Below, piece after piece: positions 57,065 to 64,000 of a stretch of DNA of 64,000 nucleotides; within the stretch, counting starts at the first letter, position 1; each line of letters begins with the position of its first letter. Under the pieces are notes generated by a model, which saw only the letters and a program-made list of their open reading frames with translations, was not told where the DNA came from and made no database searches. A program made the position numbers and the translations under genes. Origin of the DNA: Eledone cirrhosa (taxonomy: Eukaryota). The DNA lies in assembly GCA_964016885.1 (NCBI GenBank), contig OZ024747.1:55366001-55430000 (forward strand), given 5' to 3'.

Positions 57065-59453
57065 GATTCCTACTTCTTGTCAGAAGGGGGCCATCCCTTC
57101 ATTGAACATTGCACGGTCATGTGCACACAGGTGACTTTTTAGATCCGCTCTTGTTTTGCAGATAGGTTCACTGTTGTAACACTTGAACTGTTTCCTCCTG
57201 CTAAAGCCGACTGGGGTCTGTCTTCATGCATTTTACCATGTCTGGTCAGACCACCCGCTGACTTGGTAAGTAAGCCACACTCACTACAAATATGGTGTGG
57301 AATGTGTGGCAGTGGATCCATCTCACAGTTGACTCAATTTCTCTCTAGCTCGTGTGATTTCAGATGATTAACAAAACCAGCTCGAGTTAGAAGAAATCGG
57401 CCACATACATTTCACCTCAATTCTTGCTGAATCTTTGCAGGCATTGCAAATGAACGCTTCAAAACGGCATGCTCCACTCGCTTTTTCTTAAAGACATCAC
57501 ATCCATATATGATGATATTTCTCCATAATGTTTGGCCTTGAGCCAGTCACTCCCAGTTCTCCATATCAATCTTCACAGCCTTATGATTGTCTTTTAAGAC
57601 AGCTATAAACCGCTTCATTGGTTTATGCTGTGGCCTTTTCCCTCTGGTCAGCTCCCCACAAAACAGTTGTTTAGGCTGCTTCCATCTTCCACCCTGACCA
57701 CATGACCAGCCCAATGCATCTTGTTCATAATAATCCTCCTCGCAATACTGGTGGTTCCGGCCTTCTGAAGTACCGCAGCATCCCGTATGTAAGAGGACCA
57801 CTTGATGTTCAGGATGCGTCGCATACAATACCGATGAAATCTTTCAAACTGCCTGATATGATGCCTGTACGTTATTCATGTTTCGCATCTGTATAGCAGA
57901 GATGTAAGAACACAGGCCTCATACACAGAGAGCTTTGTTTTTCATGACACCCCGCAAGGTCTGGATATCTGCATCATTTTCATCGAACCAGTCTTTATGC
58001 TTTCTATTAGTATGACCTACAATTACAGCACTGACATCATTTTGAATGACGGTTTTCTTGAATGATTCCCGCGTATTTTTACATTCCAAGGACTTAAGAT
58101 ACTTCGACAGCTTTGCTGTGACTTTAGTTGTTTTGGATGTGTAAACATCTTCCTCTTAACTTTGAGCTTCACAACACATGAGCCAATGTGATAGCAATAC
58201 ACAAACCAATGTGATAGCCCTAATATCACGTTTCCTCGTTAAAACAAAGTCAATAAAATGCCTTTTCTTGGAATCTGGATGCATATCTAAGTTGACTTAT
58301 ACTTGTCTTTCTGCTGAAAGAGAGTGTGCCCAACAACAAGATACTTTTCAGCACACATCTGCAACAGAAGTAGGCTATTGTTATAGTACTTTCCCACTCC
58401 GTGTTTGCCTGTCACACTCCAAGCTTTCCAGTCTTTACTAACACGTAGCATTAAAATCGCCAAGAATGACAATCTTGTCTGCATAAGATCTACTATGGAT
58501 GACCCCTTTCAAAGACATGTAGAAAGCTAGTTTTTCATAACTAGCGTATATACAGACCAGAGTCACAAAGTGGTTTTGAATCAAAGGAACTCTCATGGAC
58601 ATTATCCGATCATTGAATCCACCAGGAAGATTTTCCAACTTTGAGACGATTTCATTCCTGACAACAAATGTATACCCTGCCTCTCTCATACAACTCTCTG
58701 CTTGAAGGTATATCCTCCCTTCTGTTCCGTGAATTGACCATCACCAGCCAATCTCGTTTCTGAATATGCAACGGTGTCCATGTTATAGCGATTGAGTTCC
58801 TTCGACACTAAATCAGATCTTCTTTCAGGGCCAGTTTCACCGGTTTGGGAATCAACTAAAGTTCTTACATTCCAGCACCCAATATTCATAGGTTTGAACA
58901 TCTTTGCAGTTGCAGGACGACGACCAGGCGCATGCTGCGGTTCCATGGGACACCTGCTGGGCCAGAACCCTTCACAATAAGTTCCGGATCACTTACTTAC
59001 ATTGACTTCAAGGTCATCATTTTTCCTCATAGAGTTTGGTGCATTTTTAGGCTTCGTCCAACTACACGAGCCTGTGCTTTGAAGGTTCTTTTAAGTGGAG
59101 AAATGCCTTGCACTCGACAAATCCCACTCTCTGAGCATCAAAAACACTACCCGAAAAAGAGAACTGGTCTATATCATCTGATGCTTCCGAAGCCGCAGTT
59201 TTATTTCAGAGTTTCCCTCTCCTAGAAAGGTGTTGTGACAACTGGAGGCCTTTCACTCCGAGGTAAAAAAAAACAACAAAAAACGTACTATTTGGTTGGC
59301 CGTTGACTCTGCTGATTTCATCCGCCGTTTGCCACGTCTTGTATTTCATCCCACAGTGTGCCCAAATATCACCCTCCTCACCAGGAAAGCTTGGTGGGGT
59401 TGTCGTTTAGTTGCCGACGATCCGACCATGAGGCAGGTTGTAGTGGGTTACAT
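57065..59453 (-). mobile_element. Internally deleted, decayed RTE-clade LINE (5' UTR, AP endonuclease, post-RT C-terminus with C2H2 fingers)
   Basis: NIGCWNVRTL..ERRSDLVSKELNRYNMDTVAYSETRLAGDG, DRIMSMRVPL, ILGDFNA; then KTKLSVYEACVLTSLLY.CET, PKQLFCGELTRGKRPQHKPMKRF, CSECGLLTKSAGGLTRHGKMH. Confidence 0.88.
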
Positions 59454-59540
59454 ATTACATACATATATAAACACATACATACATACGTACTTATACATAC
59501 ATACATACATACATACATACATACATACATACATACATAC

Positions 59541-59862
59541 ATGGTGGCTGCCAACTCGTTTTCGAGTACGGCCACTACTTTATATCCATGTAGGAGAACC
59601 CCTACCGATTGGCTGAACGAGTGTGACATTTTAGTCCAGCCAGCGACTTCAAAACTCTGGTACAGACACTACACTTGTGACAATTATTGACACATAGTGC
59701 TGGGCCCATGGTACCATGTAACGACAAGTGCAGAGAGATCTCCAGATATAAAGCAATGCCTGTGCCGTGAAGCTTTTATAGTGAGCAAAGGCACTGCACA
59801 AAGCCAGTCCCACTCTCTTAAGCAAGATGATATTTACTAAAAAGAATAACAAGTCAACATCA
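59541..59862 (-). mobile_element. 5'-truncated RTE-type 3' end in (TACA)n
   Basis: Reverse complement of 24475-24795; flanked by (TACA)n. Confidence 0.8.
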
Positions 59863-60624
59863 TACATACATACATACATGCATACATACATACTTATATA
59901 TACTTATTCATACATGCATTCATACATACATATAAACTAACATATATGCATACAAACATACATATATATATATACATGAATATATACGTACGTGTGTATG
60001 TATGTTTTATCGTGTCGTTCTATCACCGTTTCTCTGGTTTCTCCCGAGAAGTCTTAATTATGATTTTGGGGAGAAAGTAAAACGTATATTTATGTTTCAA
60101 CTGATTTATAACTAAATCTGTCTTGTAATTTGTATTTCGTCTGTGTTTTGTGTTTGTGTCTCTCTATTATAAGTATGTATAAAGGTGTTTGCAAGAGAGT
60201 TAAGGACTCTCTGTGTATAATAGATTGTGTATGAGTATATTTTTTACGTGTACAGTTGAGTGTTTGTGAGAAAATGAGTTGTATGTATAAATCTATGTAT
60301 ATGTTGTGTTTTGTCTGTTTTGATATCTATAAGCAAGTATGTGTTGGTGAGAGACTGTGGCTGCGTGCAGAAATATGTGTGTATGTATGTTTGTATGCGA
60401 TTATATGTGTATGAATGTCTTCAAGTATAAGTGTGCAGTGTTGTTAATAAGTGTATGTGTTTATGTATGTTAGTCTATATATATATATGTATGTGATTGT
60501 GTGCGTGTGTATATGTGTGATATATGCATGGATACGGAGAGATATAGAGAGACAGGGGAACAGACAGAGAGATAGAGACACACAAACACATACACACTAC
60601 TATATAAGTTTATGTGCGTTTGTG

Positions 60625-60683
<59 letters not shown>

Positions 60684-60890
60684 TGTAGATAAGTCTACCA
60701 AAATATACGTTAGTGTCCAATCCGTATGAAGGACTCACTGTAATCCAAATATAGAAGATTTCATGAAGAGAGAAAATGCATTCAAAAATCAACGATAAAA
60801 ATCATAGGAAAACAGAGTCAAGATAAATTAATAAAAACAATGAAATAAAAACAAAGAACAGGTTCCTTATATTGAAAAATATATATATAT

Positions 60891-61079
60891 AAGTTTATCC
60901 CAGGTTCAATCAGGGGTAACCACAGTAGGTAAGATGCTCAATACAAAGCAGAGTATAAATAATTAATATAGAAAAGGCTTCTACAGGACTAGACCTGTTT
61001 CATTCAGGAGAAATCATCAGGAAGATGATTTCTCCCGAATGAAACAGTTCTAGTCCTGTAGAAGCATTTTCTATATTAA

Positions 61080-61086
<7 letters not shown>
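60891..61086 (-). mobile_element. Fold-back hammerhead mini-element, homolog of 42484-42675
   Basis: Tail homology (cttacctactgtggttacc, tattgag.a.ctta) and inverted arms at about 60963-61018 and 61024-61080. Confidence 0.82.
60978..61024 (-). ncRNA. Type I hammerhead ribozyme
   Basis: Reverse complement CTTC-CTGATGA-tTTC tcct GAAt-GAA-ACAGG tctagt CCTGT-A-GAAG. Confidence 0.78.
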
Positions 61087-61129
<43 letters not shown>

Positions 61130-61671
61130 CGACGAGATGTTAGAAAAAGAAAGCAAGTGATAGAGAGATGAGATGGAGAGAGAGAAAGTTAAAGTATAAC
61201 CCCACACACCCACCCCATAATATTATTGTATATTTTATTTTTGTCCATTTCTTCATTTAAAAACTTTGTTGTATTTCTTATTTTTTGTCTTTTTATTTGA
61301 TACATAGTTATGGTTGTGGTGTTGTTGTCTTGGTGGTGGTGGAGATGGTGGTGTGGAGTTAATTGTGGTGTTGTTGATGCTTTAATGGTGGTGGTGGATT
61401 TAGTTGTGTGGTGGTGTGGTTGTTGTTGTTGTTGTTTTTGTGGTGGTGGTATGGTGGTGGAGTGGTTCTTGCTTGAAATCCTATCAAGTTCTTTTTACTT
61501 AGGATTAAAATCATGTTTATTACCTCTCACCGCTAGAATCCAATTCTATCTTGCCACCAACTCGATTTAATAATTTTTTCTCAATTTTATCTATGACATT
61601 TTCATTTTAACTATAATTTATAATATAACAATAGTCAACTTTCGACACTCTGTATACACTAACATATACAT

Positions 61672-61768
<97 letters not shown>

Positions 61769-61977
61769 CAAATATAAATTTAGCGAGAATCGTATTTCGG
61801 CGGGTGTCGAAAATAAGCGAAACGCAATATCCGATTTATGCTGGCAAGCGCTCCATGGACCAAAAAACACCAGATCAATAAATATAGGTTATAAAGGCCA
61901 TACAAACTGAGATGGCGGTTAAGAAGCTATCAACCACCTCAGCCAAAAAGACGATGCAAGCTAAAGGGGTAAAAAAC

Positions 61978-62055
<78 letters not shown>

Positions 62056-62057
<2 letters not shown>

Positions 62058-62255
62058 CGAAGGAAAAGTGGTAAGGAACCAGGTGGACCATAACGCACCA
62101 AAGTACTCAATACTTAGGGTAGTAGAGTCGGTAATAGGAACGAGTAGGACCCCGACGGCTGAGCTTAAGCCGTTTCGACGGCTAATTCTGGACTAAATAG
62201 TCAAAGAATTAGCCGTCGAAACGGCTTGAGCTCAGCCGTCGGCGTCCTACTCGTT

Positions 62256-62260
<5 letters not shown>
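62056..62260 (-). mobile_element. Fold-back mini-element with a duplicated 3' half of a hammerhead
   Basis: Arms 62134-62195 and 62198-62260; each reads gccgtc-GAA-ACGGCT t(a/g)agctc AGCCGT-C-GG; flanked by (TA)n. Confidence 0.78.
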
Positions 62261-62303
<43 letters not shown>

Positions 62304-63419
62304 GTTCAGCTGGAGTAGGTGCTCTTCAAACTATTATCCTGTGATTTAAAATTGTTTCTTCCTTTGAGTACATCATCTTTAATTTTTTTTCTTTCGTTGT
62401 TTTAAGTATAGAAATATAATACTTTATTGTAGTTTTTCGGCCAGGTCGGCGTCCATTATTCTATTTTTTTCCACGATGCTTTGTTACAATTTTCTATCTA
62501 CGAATGTTTCTTATTCTCCAATACATCCATTCACTAATCTGGTTTAATATCACCATCTGCATCGTAGTTGCTTTTAACTTAGTCAACTCCTACTATAATC
62601 ATTTAGTCCAGGTTTCCCATTTGAGGCTATTGTCCATTCTTCCGTCTTTTTTTTAGTTTCAGAGGTCCTTGAAAAGCCTTCCTTCACTGGTTAAACATTA
62701 AACAATATCTGGTTTATTGGTGGTGGTGGTGGTGTTGTTGGTGTTATTGTGTTGTTGTTGTTGGGGGGGGGGGGGTATTGCTGGTGTTGGTGGTTGTTGT
62801 CGTAGTGGGGGTGGTTATGGTGTTAGTGGTTGTGGTGTTGGTGGTGTTGATGTTGATGGTGGTGGTGGTGGTGGCGTTGGTGGTGGTGGTAGTGTTGTCG
62901 GTAGTGATGATGGTGTTAATGGTGTTGGCTGTGGTGGTGTTAATGGCGTCGGCGATGTCCACAGTGGTAGCCATTGATACAGTTGGAAAAATCTACTTCA
63001 TTTACGGCTGCTGGACGAGATATTATGTTTTGGTTACTGTTGTTGATTTTACTGCTATTGTTGCTACTGGTGTTGTTGTTGTTGTTGTTCTGCTGCTGCT
63101 ACTGATGGTGCTGCTGTCATTGTTTTCTGTACTAAGACTGTTCCACTCTTTGGACAACCGTCTAGCGGACGCAACATTTTTGAACGCCTCTTAATTTGCC
63201 CAAATAATTGAGGAACATGTTTGATAAACTAACACAAGTTTAGACCGTAAGGGCTACAGGTAAAGCTCAACTAGTTCACAAAGATACTGGTTAAATTAAC
63301 TACAAAACAGTCCTAAAATGTTGAATAAGGTGGGTTGAATAACAGTGTGAAAATAGAATAAATCAACGGAGTGATTTATTATGTTGTGTTTCGACATGAA
63401 GCAAGAAAAATAATAATAA

Positions 63420-63637
63420 CTCTTCTTACTTTTATGCCCAAGGCCAGCAGTTTGAAGGGAAGAGAAAGACAACTAAATCGCCACCAGTTTATTTATTACT
63501 GGTACTTTATTTTATCAACCCCATAAGGATGAAAAGCAAAGCTAAGCTCGGCGGGATTTGAACTTAGAACGTAAAGGACCGTAACTCTATGCAACGAAGC
63601 ATGGTCTCCGATGCTCTACCGTTACTGCCAATCCATT
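63420..63637 (-). mobile_element. SINE copy
   Basis: Reverse-complement match to the SINE head, core and tail. Confidence 0.82.
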
Positions 63638-64000
63638 AATAATAATAATAACAACAATAAAGCAACTGTGCTCTAGGATATGCCAATACACGATCATGGA
63701 GATCAATACCAACCGATAGGATATTATATTTAAATACCAAAGACGACAATATATCTACAATATATCTATTAAGACCTAATAATAGATATCTGTAAAGACC
63801 TAATAATAGATATTAACAAAACTTGGATGATGAAACCAGAAACAATAATAGAGGCTCTGGAAATGAAACAAAACACACACACACTCAGACAGAACATAAC
63901 CAAAACGCCAGAATTTACGTATATATATATATATACAGCATACAAAAAGTAGCACTATTAAGCACATCACACATATGAAAAGTACTCTCAATACAATAGA

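Overview
AT-rich, microsatellite-saturated eukaryotic (animal) DNA. The SINE and simple-repeat content resembles an octopus/cephalopod genome (inference). Most ORF-track entries are translations of (TA)n, (CA)n, (TACA)n or (CAC/GGT)n repeats, and no host gene could be identified. The recognisable content is transposons: a near-complete Penelope-like element (PLE; 709-aa RT + GIY-YIG ORF, Naiad-like CxCx5C linker) at 1-3388, a second PLE 3' fragment, RTE, CR1, Tx1 and CRE-like LINE fragments, many copies of a tRNA-type SINE, a non-autonomous hAT-like element with an 8-bp TSD, and several minisatellites. The most notable signal is a dense set of hand-folded type I hammerhead ribozyme (HHR) motifs from several unrelated sequence families. 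They lie mostly in short non-coding elements embedded in (TA)n tracts, often as fold-back (inverted) duplications whose junctions fall in or at the edge of the ribozyme. One is a ~526-nt retrozyme-like unit that starts exactly at its predicted self-cleavage site. All RNA folds were made by eye and are untested.
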